The position numbers and the translations under genes were made by a program. A stretch of DNA of 64,000 bases, taken from Octopus vulgaris (Eukaryota). The stretch covers positions 70,184,001-70,248,000 of the forward strand of contig OX597833.1 of NCBI GenBank assembly GCA_951406725.2, given 5' to 3'. This document shows, one piece after another, positions 37,501 through 53,081 of the stretch. Position 1 is the first letter of the stretch. The number at the start of each line of letters is the position of its first letter. Under the pieces are notes generated by a model, which saw nothing but the letters and a program-made list of their open reading frames with translations, was not told where the DNA came from and made no database searches.

Positions 37501-39948
37501 ATATGTTTGTGTGTCTGTGTTTGTCCCCCTAGCATCGCTTGACAACCGATGCTGGTGTGTTTACGTCCCCCGTCACTTAGCGGTTCGGCAAAAGAGACCG
37601 ATAGAATAAGTACTGGGCTTACAAAAGAATAAGTCCCGGGGTCGATTTGCTCGACTAAAGGCGGTGCTCCAGCATGGCCGCAGTCAAATGACTGAAACAA
37701 GTAAAAGAGTAAAAAGAGTATTTACACAAATTAGCCACTCGTGACTGGTTCCCTTCCATTGAGCTCATGCCGGCACAATATAAAGCTGACAACGTGTTAA
37801 ATTAATACAATTAAAATGCTGTGATAAACTGATATTCATTAGTTAATTACGAGTTTCTTTTATTGAATTCTTATTCTATCACAAAACAACCGTTGGAAAT
37901 ATAATCCGTGTTAAGGGCTTCGTTAGAATTGCAACTGTGCGGTAAGTAGAGGTTTTATTCCTGTTATGTCCGTATATATCCCTTGCACAGCGATCGCGTC
38001 CTATCCGTGAAACGAGGAGGGACTTTGCTCAGCGTCCGATCCATACAACGAGGGGTTGCAGTTGTCATCGCCCGGTCCATACAACGAAAGGGTACTTCTC
38101 ACAAAGCCCTAATTCATTAAACAGAGATGTACTTTGCTCATTGACTCCCCATGGAAAACATGTTGCTTTTTCTTTTCTTTTCTTCTTTTTTTTTCTCTCA
38201 GAACCTACTTCACTAAATGCGTGTGTGCTTTTATCATTCGACAGACACATTGCTGGCATTTTTTGTGTATATATATTCAATTCGTTTCGCTAAAGGACGG
38301 CGTTAGTCTTTGTTTATGTATAAAGTTGTACAAGTTTACGCCTTCCCGTCTGAAATCTTTTTCTTGATCTTAACAAACGTATATTGTTACGAGCAAAACA
38401 GCATTTTCTATACAATTTTCTTGACAAATGAAATGTGAAAGTCGTTGTACATTAAATACAAAAGAGTAAATTCAGTAAATAATTAAATAAATACGATATA
38501 TTATACTAATATGGTGTCTAGGCAGATATAAAAAGGGCTGTTGGTTATATATTTATTTATACATTTATTTATTTATTTTTCATTTTAAATCTTTCACGAA
38601 TTATTACAGTATGGAGGCGCAATGGCCCAGTGATTAGGGCAGCGGACTCGCGGTAGTGGGATCGCGGTTTCGAATCCCAAACCGGGCGGGGCGTTGTGAG
38701 TGTTTATTAAGTGAAAACACCAAAAGTTCCATGAGATTCCGGTAGTGGGGGGGGGGCGGACCTTGCTGTGCTCTTTCACCACAACATTCTCTCACTCTTT
38801 CTTCCTTTTTCTATTGTACCTGTATTTCCGAGAGCCAGCCTTGTCACACTCGGTTTCACGCTGAATCTCCCCGAGAACTACATTAAGGGTACACGTATCT
38901 GTGGAGTGCTCAGCCACTTACACGTTAATTTCACCTGCAGGCTGTTCCGTTGATCGGATCAACTGGAACCCTCGTCATCGTAACCGACGGAGTGCCACGA
39001 TGATGATCGTACGTATGCATGTATGTCATTATTCAGTTTATTCCAAGATTTCTTTCCAATAGAGAAAGAACCGGTTTCTAACTTAGATCTAAGGTTCTTT
39101 CATTGGAATTTAAACATCATGGCGGTGCCCCAGCATGGCCACAGCTTGTGAGCTGAAACTAGATAAAAATTTTAAAAATAAAAATCAACAACAGGGCATT
39201 TTTGTTTGTTTGTATCTAAGTGCAGATTTGTATGTTTTGCTTTATCTATGTATTCCCATGCATAGAGTTGCATATCTAGACATGCTCATATATATTTAAA
39301 TGATAAACTTCTGGAAAGTTTTACAGATTTTTACAGTTCCAGTGATGGATTGGATCTGTAGTCTTCAAATTAGCTGTAGGTACGTACGTGCGTACGTACG
39401 TATGTATTATGTATGTATGTATGTATGTATGTATGTATGCATGCATGTAAATGTATATATATATATGATGATGATGATGATAGAGTCTCCTGTCGTATGA
39501 GGATTCGGCAATCTCTTGCCAAAAAGCCACACGTGATTTGTTTATAGTGATCAAATGTTTGTGTAAACATAAGCCCACTCCCCGCATCAAATCGATATTA
39601 CCTGTAGAGGTGCACCCGCAACATGTCAGATGAAATGATCGCAGAGCAAGGTGTAATGAAGTGTTTTGCTCAAGAACACAACGCTATCCGGTCTGCAAAT
39701 CGAAATCACGACCTTGCAATCGTCAGTGTAACACCCTAACCGCTAAGCCATAAGGGATTTTTTTCCAATAATAATATTGTACACGACTTGAGATGTTTGC
39801 CGTGTCTTAACGATTGTCGTCCTCTTTAGCAATTAAATATCAGCTGCACCGGAAGTCTGCAATGGTTGCATAAATACCTGGCGTACCTAATTGTTTAAAT
39901 CACCTGTGAACTAAAAGCCTATACTTTGCATGTATGTGTGTGTGTGTA

Positions 39949-39987
<39 letters not shown>

Positions 39988-40057
39988 TTCATTTGTGAGA
40001 TAACAAGGCTATCATTGCTTTTATATCGAGATAAATCTTAACAGTTGTCAAACCTGC

Positions 40058-40093
<36 letters not shown>

Positions 40094-40116
40094 CAAACAT
40101 GCATACATATATATAT

Positions 40117-40187
<71 letters not shown>

Positions 40188-40449
40188 ATATGTATGTATG
40201 TATATATGTGTGTGTGCATGTATATATATATATATATATATATATAAAGTTAATCCAAACAAGAAAGCACAAAAAAAACACAACAACGCGAGGACGTGGA
40301 ACAAATATAGTATTATTGGACGCTCAGGAAAGAAGGAAAGAAGGAGGGTTTAACGTTTCGAGCGAAGCTCATCGTCGGAAACATAGGAGAAGGAAAGATC
40401 CAGGGAAGGGAAGACAGAGGGAAAAAAATCGCCAACGGTAAACACGAGG

Positions 40450-40545
<96 letters not shown>

Positions 40546-41345
40546 AAAAAATCAGTTCCAGTCTTGCGTATAATGGCAAAATACCGTGAATTGTTAAACG
40601 AATCGAATGAAGCAAGTTTCGCGTAAATCGCTAAAGGAATTTTCAAGCTATTAGAGATATAAATACTCAAAACGGTGTAATGTTCCGAAAATATTCTTCA
40701 TCCTTCAAGGGAAGAAACTCTTATCTTTCTGTTAGACAGTGAGATCACCACGAAGAAATACGATTTTTTTTTTGATTTTTTTTTTTTACAATTTCTATTT
40801 TCGGTTTTGCTAAACACAATATTTTAATCTGAACATGACAGTAGGGGTTACACCACCGTTGTTTATCCCTAGGAAGCATCGACGCTTCCTGATGGCTTTG
40901 ACACATTTTCGATATTACCTGTAGAGGTGCACCATGCGCTACATGTCAGACGACGAAATGATCGCAGAGCAAGGTGTAATGAAGTGTTTTGCTCAAGAAC
41001 ACAACGCTATCCGGTCTGCGAATCGAAATCATTCCTTTATGTACACTGTTTTGTTCTGCTTTTTTATATTTAACCCTACAGTCTCTTATGTGGTGGTTTA
41101 ATAAAGTATGTGATTGAGTATTATCTGGTAATTGATATTTGATTTAGATGTATTTCTCCATTTTCTTATCTTGTATTAGTAATTTGTGGTAAATCATTTT
41201 ACCTTTGCCCATATAATACAGTAAATGAATTGATTGCATCGCAATCATTAACATTTATGTATTAACTTTGTTGGGTACTTCAGTAGCAGTATATTGGATA
41301 TACGTTATCCCATAGAGGGTTGCATTTACAACCCCTATCTCAATT

Positions 41346-41410
<65 letters not shown>

Positions 41411-41665
41411 CGGCAAGTTTACCCACAATTTCCTTTAACCGATTCAATCTCCTCACAAATCTTTGGTCGTCCTAAGGAAATAAGAGAAGTCACTTGCTTA
41501 AGATTCCGTGCACCAGGGTTGAACCTGAAGCCACAAGGGTGCAATGCTTACTTCTTAAGCACAAAGCCATACTTGCATCTAAATACGAACTTACAATCTA
41601 CTGTTTTGACATTTAAATGTAGTTCGCTGTTCTTCATTTTCGTTACTCTTTCTCTCTTTGCAGAG

Positions 41666-42151
41666 ATGGGCGTGAAACAATCGAGATTCAACAACGTACT
41701 CGTAGTACGAACTGGTAATCAGAGAGGTTCGTCTACTGATTCCGATGTTTTCGTTATATTATACGATACTTCGGGAAACGCCACCGAGAAGATGCTTCTA
41801 GACAACATCTGTAAAGATGATTTTAAAACAGGCGCCTGTGACACGTTTTTTATTAATCTGCCAGTTTCATTTAGAGAAGTGGCGAAAATTGAACTTTGGA
41901 CTAAACAGTGTCATATCGAGTTAACGTCTTCGAATTGGTTTATTGATGTAATTGAATTTAGGCGCCATTTTGGAGGAAATACCATCACTTTTCCTGTTTT
42001 CCGTTGGATTAAACCAGAAGTCCATTATTATTTGTATCCGTGGGATGCTTTCTTACCTCACCATGATCCGGATAAATCTCAACGTGCGGCCGAAATCGAA
42101 TACAAACGTACGATCTATAAGTTAAACTATCAAGAAAATTTTCCTGTTACG
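41666..42151 (+). CDS. LOX-B coding exon 1 (PLAT/LH2 domain)
   Basis: tttgcag|agATG, MGVKQSR...[14 protein letters not shown]...FPVFRWI...FLPHHD...PVT|gtgagt, 486 nt. Confidence 0.95.
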
Positions 42152-44398
42152 GTGAGTAAACTCTTTCCTCTTTACTCTTTTACTTGTTTCAGTCATCTGA
42201 CTGCGGCCATGCTGGAGCACCGCCTTTAATCGAGCAACTCGACCCCGGGACTTGTTCATTGTGGTCTTTTAAATCCCAAATCAGTTTGCTGAGACCGGTA
42301 CTATTCCGTTTATTTCTATCCCTAAATGTTGAGTAATGGATAGAAATTCTTTTGTAAGCCCAGTACTTATTCTATCGGTCTCTTTGCCGAAACGCTAAGT
42401 AACGGAGACATAAACACATCAGCATCGGTTGTCAAGCAATGCTAGGGGAACAAACACAGACACACAAACACACACACGCACACATATATATACATATATA
42501 CGACGGGCTTCTTTCAGTTTCCGTCTACCAAATCCATTCACAAGACTTTGGTCGGCCCGAGGCTATAGTAGAAGACACTTGCCCAAGGTGTCACGCAGTG
42601 GGACTGAACCCGGGACCATGTGGTTGGTAAACAAGCTACTTACCTTACCAAAAATTTACTTCTAATCAGTGATGTTTATAAACATAATGATTTGTTAAAA
42701 ATGATGGAATATGTCAGAAGGCAGACTATAGTATTGTTGCTGTTGTTGTGGTTATTAGTGTCAGAGCTGGTTCCAGACCGCTAAGCGCCAAAAGTCGGGC
42801 CTGCAGTGTTAACCTTCCTTCCAGCCCTACAATGTGCAATCCCTTCTCTCAGTGTCCCACTCTCCCTACTCTCCCCACGCTACAATCTGCACCCACTTCT
42901 CCTTGCTCTACAAAGCCTCCCCTTCCCAACCCCTTCAATGTGCGGCCCCCTTCTCCTGGCCCTACAATGTGTATCCCCCTTTCGAGCCTTGTGTCTAGAG
43001 TAGAAAAGAATAATTGGATTGCTACAGGTAAGCTGGCAGACTCGTTAACACACCGGGCGAAATGCTGAACGGCATTACGTCTGCCGTTACGTTCTGAGTT
43101 CAAATTCCGCCGAGGCCGATTTTGTCTTTCATCCTTTCGGGGTCGATAAATTAGGTACCAGTTGCGCACTGGGGTCGATCTAATCGACTGGCCCCCTACC
43201 CAAAATTTTCAGGCTTTGTTCCTAAAGTAGAAAAGGAAAATAGCTGAGAGGTTTGCCGCGGCAGGTTATGCGTTCGGGCTGGCTATCAGCATCAAGAAAA
43301 CTGAAGTTTTATTCCAACCAAAGCCAGAATATATACTCAAGACACAAATGGGATGATTGACAATTAGACACTCAAATGGATCAGGTCATTAAAATATTTT
43401 GGAAGGAGATTAAACTTTAAGAGTACGCTTGATGTGGAAATCAATGTTAGAATATCTGTGGTTACACATGTTTGTTTTGTTTTGTTTTTTTTGGAAAACT
43501 TTCCCATCGTTTGTGGGATGAACACGGGGTCAGGTTGAAAACTAAAACAACGCTTTGCAACTTGAAACTTTTCACGTGTGTTGTCTGTGCAATATCTGCA
43601 ACATAAACGGATCCATTGATCCATTACCGATTTAAAACCACGGAAACAGCTGTAAGACATTATTTACTTTTACTTTTCCTTACTTCGATTCAGCTTTACA
43701 TTAATTGCATTAATTAAAATAGTTTAAATGATATGATAAGTTCCTCCTACCTTGGTTGTATTTGCCTCTTCCTTTAATTTATACCCGCTGACTCGGATGT
43801 CTCCTACGGATCTCTACCTCCAGCCTCTGTTGTGAACTTGGAGCCTAACGGACCATCAATTACAGTACTATGCAGCGTACCTACCTGTTTAGATCATCGG
43901 TGACCTAAACCCTTTTCTGTTTACGAGCTTACCATCCTGAGGTTGTGAGTTCGAATCCCGGACCGGGCTGCGTGTTGTGTTCTTGAGCAAGACACTTTAT
44001 TTCACGTTGCTTCAGTTCACTCAGCTGTAGAAATGAGTTGCGACGTAACAGGTGCCAAGCTGTATCGGCCCCTTTGCCTTTCCCTTGGATAACACTGGTG
44101 GCGTGGTCATATCTCGGGCGCCTTTCATAGCTCACCTGTTGTAAAATAACTACAATAATACAAAAATACCAGACATATTCTGGGGCCGATTAAATTGAGA
44201 ATCTGTTCGAATAATAATGTGTTGCTTCGTTTTGGTCATTAACCTCGACATGACTTAATGAAACTTTTGCGGCTTTTATATTTCTGTGTAGTGTGAAGAA
44301 CTGCCACGCGACGAGGAATTCCCATTAAAATATAAGGTAAGTATTAAATAATAATAATAATAATAATAATAATAGTAGTAGTAGTAGTAGTAGTAGTA

Positions 44399-44463
<65 letters not shown>

Positions 44464-47400
44464 GAAGAAGAAAAAAGATGGTATAGGCACACACCAGAAA
44501 AGGTCACAGAAAACGAGAAAGCAACGATACACACAGATAGAGAAATTAAGGCCAACATACCAGATATAGTTGTCAGAGATCATGAAGAAAAAAAAATGCT
44601 TTCTAATTGATGTATCAATACCGGCAGATGACAACGTGTCTCTAAAAGAAATGGAGAAACTCTCAAAATACAAAGACCTGGAAATAGAGGTAACTAGAAT
44701 GTGGAATCTGAAAACAGAAACAATTCCTATCATAGTAGGCGCATTAGGCATGATAAAAAAATATTCAGACAAATACATAACAAAAACACCAGGACTTACA
44801 AACACATATAACATACAGAAAATTGCACTACTAGGCACTGCACACATCCTACGCAGAACACTTTCCATACAATAACCATCAGAGCATCACAACAAATCAC
44901 AGCACATACCCAAGGCACACAGAGCTGCGCTCGGTAGTGAAGTGAAAGCACGCTATAAAAATAAAACTACTGAATATTAATAATAATAATAATGATAATA
45001 ATCTAGTCAAAACTCATGTCGGATCAGAGGAAATATTAACAATGACAAATAGTAAAAAAAATGCAAATAATAATATCAGTGATGATAAGAATAATAATAT
45101 AAGGAAGCGGTTGAAATTCCCCTATGCTCTGATTGATGATATATCTAGCGATAGTGTCACAATAAAAACACTGGTAATTGCGCAACCTGATAATCGCTAC
45201 CTTATATGAGTGTCAATGAAAAAACAAAATATTGTGAATAATGGTGGTAATGAAACTGAAGCCCTTGATGGTGACAGTGTTACACCCGGCAGGCTCAGAG
45301 ATACTGGTCCGACTCCAGCCTGTCGTTATCGAGCAAGGGACCAGCACACACGTCGTAGATGGAACAAACAAGTCAATGCTGTGGTCATGGAGTGTTACTA
45401 CCTGAGCAACCACGTAGACGAAAACGGTTTTCATCTGAGGGGATACCGACAACGTATATATGATCGACTCCAGTGTCTGCATTTAGACCTACGACTACGA
45501 AACCCAGTAAGTTTTAATCATCAGATTATTTGGTGAGAGGTGAATAGAAATGCACAAATAGGTCATTAATTGGAGCGATGGTACTGTTAGATCTTAAATG
45601 TACTTTTATAATATTGTTAATTAATCGAGTCAGGTTTACAATTTATTTCTCTGAAATGTCTTTGTTCTGCTTTTGTTGTTTGTTTTTTCTGTATTCTGTG
45701 CAAACGCGTGATGTTGACACGAGAGATTTTAACTGTAATTCTTGTCTTTATAGTTTCTATTGTTCTTTCGTATATTATAAATACTTTTTATTCTAATCAA
45801 TGTGGAAACTCCTACGCGGTTGTTTGATCTGCTGAAACTAGCATTTTCAAAAAGAGAGAGATGGACGATTAGAAAAAAAAACTTAGTTTAGAATTCAACT
45901 AAGTCGAAAGGAATTTTGTGTAAGACGACCTGCGATAACAATCCGATATTCCATAAATACCATTTTATTGTCACGAAACGGAATGATATATTCTTTTCTA
46001 CTTTAGGCACAAGGCCCGAAACTTTGGGGAAGGGGGCCAGTCGATTAGATTGACCCTAGTACATAATTGGTATTTAATTTATCGACCCCTAAAGGATGAA
46101 AAGCAAAGTCGACCTCGGCGGAATTTGAACTCAGAACGTAAAGACAGACGAAATACCTATTTCTTTACTACCCACAAGGGGCTCAACACAGAGAGGACAA
46201 ACAAGGACAGACAAACGGATTAAGTCGATTATATCGGCCCCAGTGTGTAACTGGTACTTATTTAATCTACCCCGAAAGGATGAAAGGCAAAGTCGACCTC
46301 GGCGGAATTTGAACTCAGAACGTAAAGACAGACGAAATACGGCTAAGCATTTCGCCCGGCGTGCTAACGTTTCTGCCAACTCGCCGCCTTAACGTAATGA
46401 CATATTGGATAAATTATCTTCTTGTTACCGCATGTATTATCTGTATTATCTGAAACCCAGGAGATATTTCCGTTAATTATGGAGATTTCAATGCACTCAA
46501 CTTTATAGTAATTATAACATGATGTTGACGTTGTCATTATTAATGACTTTAATTAAGGCGGCGAACGAGCAGAATCTTAAGCACACCGGGAAAGATGTTA
46601 GCGTATTTCGTCCGTTTTTATGTTTTCAGTTCCAATTCCGCCCAGGTCGATTTTGTCATTCATCCTCTCAATGTCGATAAAATAAGTAGCAGTGGAGCAT
46701 CGGGGTCGATGAGGTAAACTTATCCTTTCTCCCGAATTTGCTGGCCCTGGGCTAAACTTTTAAATTAATGACATTCATCGTTCATAAAAACAAATGTACG
46801 ATTTGAAAACCAGCAAGTGGTGTGGTTTGAAAACTATTAAACTTCTTCTTTGATCCAAGCAAAACGTTTCAGAACTTGAGATTAATATCAGTGACAACAG
46901 ATATAATTCTAAAACGAAAAATAGGGTTAACACACTTCGCAGGAAAATTTTCGCGGGAGTCGCGACGCAAATGCATTTGTCCACTCTCTTTTGTCCCAAA
47001 CCAAAATCTCACTAAGCGCCTCCTTTTAGACTTTCATTTCCTCCAGATCCATTTATTTAAAAACAAATTTATTTCGAGAGAATTTGAGCGAAGTACGACC
47101 ATCTGTGAATTTGGAACAGACGTTACAATGTGTATTTTTTTAATAATGCAGAACGCTTAGTTGTCTTGCAGTTAATATTTCGTGTTAAAACTCATCTTCA
47201 AAGAGAAAGAGATGCGTGATATGAGCAAAATTGAAACAGTTTTAGAATTTAGCGCAGTCAAAATGTACTTTGCGCGTGACAGCAGCCTAATATTTCTTCA
47301 AACACACCAGTCAAGTACAGAGTGTGATATAGTTGATTGTACGCCTCCTCCAGAGTTTATATATTCAGCCTAACCAATTTATATAGTGTGACCTCACCTG

Positions 47401-49527
47401 GAATTTGCATCAACGGTCTGGAACCCCTATCTTTCCCAGGATATTAATCGCCTGGAAACCGTTCAGCGACTTGGCAGCTGACTTGGCAGACACCCATAAA
47501 ATTATTAACCATCTTACAAACAATAACTCTGAGCACCTTTTCAAACTCCACCTGTCTGACACCCGTGGACATGTTTACAAAGTCAGAAAACAGCACAGCT
47601 CCCATGACTTTCGGAAACATTTCTCACGCTAAGAGTTGCTGAAGCATGGAACAAACTGCCGGCATCAGTTGTAAGTTGTCGGAGCACTGCATCCTTCAAA
47701 ACTTCCATGCTTCCTGAGATTCGCCAACACTACACCTGATTTTCTCCCCTCCATACATACGCAAGCATGTATCTGACTTATACACTGTTCGCTTTCCAGA
47801 CATTTGTACATTACTGCATATACTTTATACGCACTTTTTGACAAGTTGTGGTGCACCTGAGCACTGTATACAATAATTTCATTATTATTATATTAAACGT
47901 AGTTACGATAAACATAGCCTTCATTTTTTGATTTCTTGCGTGAATAAATATATGCAGATATCTTTTATTTATAAACAGTAAAGTTTTCATTATAAATCGA
48001 ATACTTGCAATCATTAAAATATGTTTAAAATTTAAATTATGAATAAATTTCAGAGAGGCATTTTAACAAAAAAGTTGGACATAATTTTGTCAGCTATGTG
48101 GACCAAAATCGTAACAGGGGATTGGAATACACTCAATGATGTAACCAATATTTATCGCAGAAGAAAACTTCCGATGCCCAAGGTGAGTACATTAGTAGTA
48201 TTTTCTTTTTTGCGCTATTTTTATCATGTGACTAGCAGCATAGCCCGGCGTTGCCCGGGTATGTAAGAGCCCCTAGTAGGCAACGACTAATCCCAATCTT
48301 GTCCTTTCCCTCTAATTTCCTGCCAATTTGTTAAAGATATTGTCGAAAATATGTCATCTTGAATTTGAACGCGATTTCCTAAATTGGCATGATTTTATCG
48401 ATTTTTTCTGATGGTAAGGTATTGCATGGAAAACTAACGTTAGAATTAAGTTTCTTGGGGTAACATTAAGCTTCACCATGAGTTTGGTGAAAATCGATTG
48501 CAAGTTGCGAAAACTACAACAGAAAATGTGTTGCATATAAAAAGCTTAGATTCTCGACCCATGTCGAATTTATCGATTTTTTTCAGAACTGGGGGAACTT
48601 TTCAAAATTTTCGCTGCGTTAGTTTTGAATTATGACATTGGGCTATGTGTGTATCAAGTTTCATCAGAATCGGTTGAAAGCTGTGGTCAGGGTGAGGGTA
48701 CAACCTGACAGACACACAGACACACAGACAGACAAACTGCCGTTTATATATAGAGAGATCTTATTTAAGTGATCAGTATTTCCTTTGCAAATCAATCGAT
48801 ATTGGATCGATTGTAAAAATCAATATATCCAAAATTTTTGAGAACACAATGTTATCAAGGCAACCTATAACAGCTTGAATCCAAAATGAACTGACAGAAT
48901 GACTGTACTACATGGAAATAAGTAACGCAGACAAAAGGAGCGTTAGGAGGAAACTAAGCCAGTTTAGTATTTAAACTGACGGTGATGCCATTGGTCGATG
49001 AAAGAATGCAAAAAATGCAAACAGAAAGACTGCCTCAGTACATTTTGTGTCTGGATACTTAGGAATACTAAAAATAAAATATTAGAAATATTACGCCTAT
49101 CAAATTACAGAAAAAGCAGTTATAATATAGGTGCTGTTTACTATTGTAAATATTTAAATGTTTTTCTATACTTATGGAAACATTTCAGCGTAAGATTGGG
49201 TCTAGAATTTAAATTTAAATTTTGAATTTAAAATTATCAGTATTGTGCGGTGGAGCGTAATTTTCAATGGACAACCTCAAATCGTAGTTAATGTTGTCTT
49301 TCAAATGCATTTTGTTAAATGTTGTCTTTCATATGTTGTCTTTCCCGAATGCATTTACTACGATTCATAGAATTACACTTCCACCTAAATTTAAGTGATG
49401 AAAAATGGTTATGTAATCTAAATTTCTTAATTGTAATAGAAGAACCTATGTAATAATATGTACAATTCCTTGTAATAACCCTATATTGATATACTGGATA
49501 TCTGCCTGGATTTATTAATCCCTGTTA

Positions 49528-49582
<55 letters not shown>

Positions 49583-51380
49583 AGGCTTCTTTCGGTTTCC
49601 GTTTACTAAATCCTTACTCACAAGGCCTGAACTCGAGGTTATGTGGTTGGGAAGCAAACATCTTACCACGCAGCTACGCCTGTACCTATTCGCATACACA
49701 CACACACACACACACACACATAATAACACGATGATGGAAATGACAGGCTTTGATTGCAAATTACATATGTTTTTGCACCAAAGACCCGCTTTAAGTTGCT
49801 GAATCTACAGTCATATATCATTACACAAAATTATTCTCTAAAATGAGTACGATTCAGCGAGAGCTGTTGCTGTTATGTGTTTTGGTGGGGGTGTAGCTTA
49901 ATATACACAATTTTAAAAAAGAGCTACCAATAGTTTCAGGTTGTAGAGATACAATAATTTGACAGATTTATATAACATGCCAAGTATCTCCAAATAATCT
50001 ATGTGTGTGTGCGTGTGTGTAAATTCAGTCTTATGGCTCGTGGGTACCTGTGAATTTAGTCATTTTCTACTTTTCATTTTTATTTCTATATTTGAAGCAG
50101 TTCTGGTCTTGTTTTGTGTATTCCATAGTCTGTTAAATTCTGGCGGGAAGATACATGGTTTGGATATCAACGTCTAAATGGTTGCAATCCCACAGTAATT
50201 ACCCTCTGTGAAGAAATACCATCCAAGTAAGTCGAGATTCTTTTCAGAACTAATGGTGATCTGTTAGTGAATTATGATTTAGGGAAGATGGAAAATTCGG
50301 TTAAGTTCGTATGCCACGTGGAGACGATAATTTTCGATAGCCTTTATTCAGGGAGAGAGACAACTAATCCTAATACAAATACAAAGTTTGACATTTTGAG
50401 GTAAAGGACGAGTTGATTCCATCGAGAGCAGTGCTTCTTTTATCCATCCTGAAAGGAAGAAAGACAAAGGCAACACCGGTGGAATTTGAACTCAGAATGC
50501 TAAGAAAGATGAAAGGCTACTAACGATTCTTATTTATTTACTACAAGGGGATAAACACAGAGGGGATAAACAAGGACAGACAAACGGATTAAGTCGATTA
50601 CATCGACCCCAGTGTGTAACTGGTACTTAATTTATCGACCCCGAAAGGATGAAAGGCAAAGTCGACCTCGGCGGAATTTGAACTCAGAACGTAACGGCAG
50701 ACGAAATACCACTAAGCATTTCGCCCGGCGTGCTAACGTTTCTGCCAGCTCGCCACCTAAGAGGAAGAAAAAGAATACTCAATGTTTGCAATTTTAAAAA
50801 ATATTCTTTGTATTTTAACAACCGTCCTGACTTTATAAAAAATTTTACCCATAGGCGCAGGAGTGGCTGTGTGGTAAGTAGCTTGCTAACCAACTACATG
50901 GTTCCGGGTTCAGTCCCACTGCGTGGCATCTTGGGCAAGTGTCTTCTGCTATAGCCCCGGGCCGACCAATGCCTTGTGAGTGGATTTGGTAGACGGAAAC
51001 TGAAAGAAGCCTGTCGTATATATGTATATATATATATATAAGTGTGTGTGTGTGTGTGTGTGTGTGTTTGTGTGTCTGTGTTTGTCCCCCTAGCATTGCT
51101 TGACAACCGATGCTGGTGTGTTTACGTCCCCGTCACTTAGCGGTTCGGCAAAAGAGACCGATAGAATAAGTACTAGGCTTACAAAGAATAAGTCCTGAGG
51201 TCGATTTCCTCGACTAAAAGGCGGTGCTCCAGCATGGCCGCCGTCAAATGACTGAAACAAGTAAAAGAGATAAAAGAGAAAAAGAAAGAGATAAAATTTC
51301 ACATCTATTTTCTTCCTGTTTTTTTTATGAAAACGATGGAAATGCATAATTCTTTACACGCACACACACAGCCACACACA

Positions 51381-51419
<39 letters not shown>

Positions 51420-52050
51420 GCACGTGGAAACCAACTATTTTTATTGAATTCAGCATTCTATTCTTGGGAAAACTGTTTATAAGATAGTTCCAAGTTTAGA
51501 AAACATCTTCTGTTTGTCACTCTGCCTCTCTGTCTCACTGTCACTCTGTCTATCTGTATCTCTCTTTCTCTCTCTCTCTCCTTCTCTCTCTCTCTCCTTC
51601 TCTCTCTCTCCTTCTCTCTCTCTCATTGTCACTCTCTCTCTCTCTCTCATTATCACTCTCTCTCTCTCACCTTCCCTCTCTCTCCTTCTCTCTCTCTCTC
51701 ATTATCACTCTCTCTCTCCTTCTCTCTCTCTCTCATTGTCACTCTCTCTCTCTCTCATTATCACTCTCTCTCCCCTTCTCTCTCTCTCTCTCTCATTATC
51801 ACTCTCTCTCTCTCTCTCTTATTATCACTCTCTCTCATTATCACTCTCTCTCTCCTTCTCTCTCTCCTTCTCTCTCCTTCTCTCTCTCCTTCTCTCTCTC
51901 TCTCTCATTATCACTCTCTCTCTCCTTCTCTCTCCCTCTCCTTCTCTCTCTCTCTCTCTCATTGTCACTCTCTCTCTCATTGTCACTCTTTCTCTCATTA
52001 TCACTCTCTCTCTCACTTTCTCTCATTATCACTCTCTCTCTCCCTCTCTC

Positions 52051-52103
<53 letters not shown>

Positions 52104-53011
52104 ACGTAAACAGGGTGGTCCAAACGTAGGCTGACAGTTAGTAAAATCTCTCTTTCACATTCATATATTAACTGTTTAGATCTTAATTATGAAAAGATAT
52201 TAAATCATTATTCTAAGCTAATTTAGTTAATTTTGTCGAGCTCCGTTTTCAGTTTGCAAGATAAAAATTTAAATGTAATAAAATGTTTTTAAAAGAAATT
52301 TAAAGTCCCTACGTTGATAACTATAAACCTACTTTTGTGCCACCCTTTATATATAGATATATAAACATATATTGGAGCAGTCTCGGGTGTCGCCGGCCGA
52401 AACTGCAACGACGATCTGGTACTAGACTGAAGATAGGAAGCTCCGAATGACCCGTCCTTGTTTTTTCCTTTCCTTTTTTCTATCATCTAACTGTCCGGAT
52501 GTTTCGTTGTCGCCTGTTACGTTCTTGTTTCATTTTTTGTTATATACATATATATATATATAGGAGATAAATAAAAATATATGCATACATACAAACATAT
52601 ATGTACGTACCTACATCTACATGTATATATACATGCATATATAAATAATTATACGGGAGTACAGGACATCACAATAAGACGTAGAAACGGAAAAAACCAA
52701 AAAACAAAAAACAAGAAAACGGAAAACGAAAAACAAGAAAACGAAAAACAAATATATATATATATATATATACCGGAGTAAACACATAAATGTGAAACAA
52801 GGTGGAAAAAGAGTACTCAAATACCAGGGGTAGGGTAATATGCTTTATTTAAAGCAGCAGAAAATTCAACAAAACCTGTTACTCTGAGTTTCATGTTCCC
52901 AGAGTAACAGGTTTTGTTGAATTTTCTGCTGCTTTAAATAAAGCATATTACTCTACCACTGGTATTTGAGTACTCTTTTTCCACCTTGTTTCACATTTAT
53001 GTGTTTACTCC

Positions 53012-53081
<70 letters not shown>

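Noticed and set aside
41519-41665. 49-aa N-terminal extension of the LOX-B ORF from TTG at 41519
   Set aside because: Derived from a SINE remnant and the polypyrimidine tract; acceptor at 41663 and the paralogue both point to ATG 41666.
51514-52134. 206-aa and 167-aa SL-repeat ORFs
   Set aside because: Translation of the (CT)n tract inside a LOX intron.
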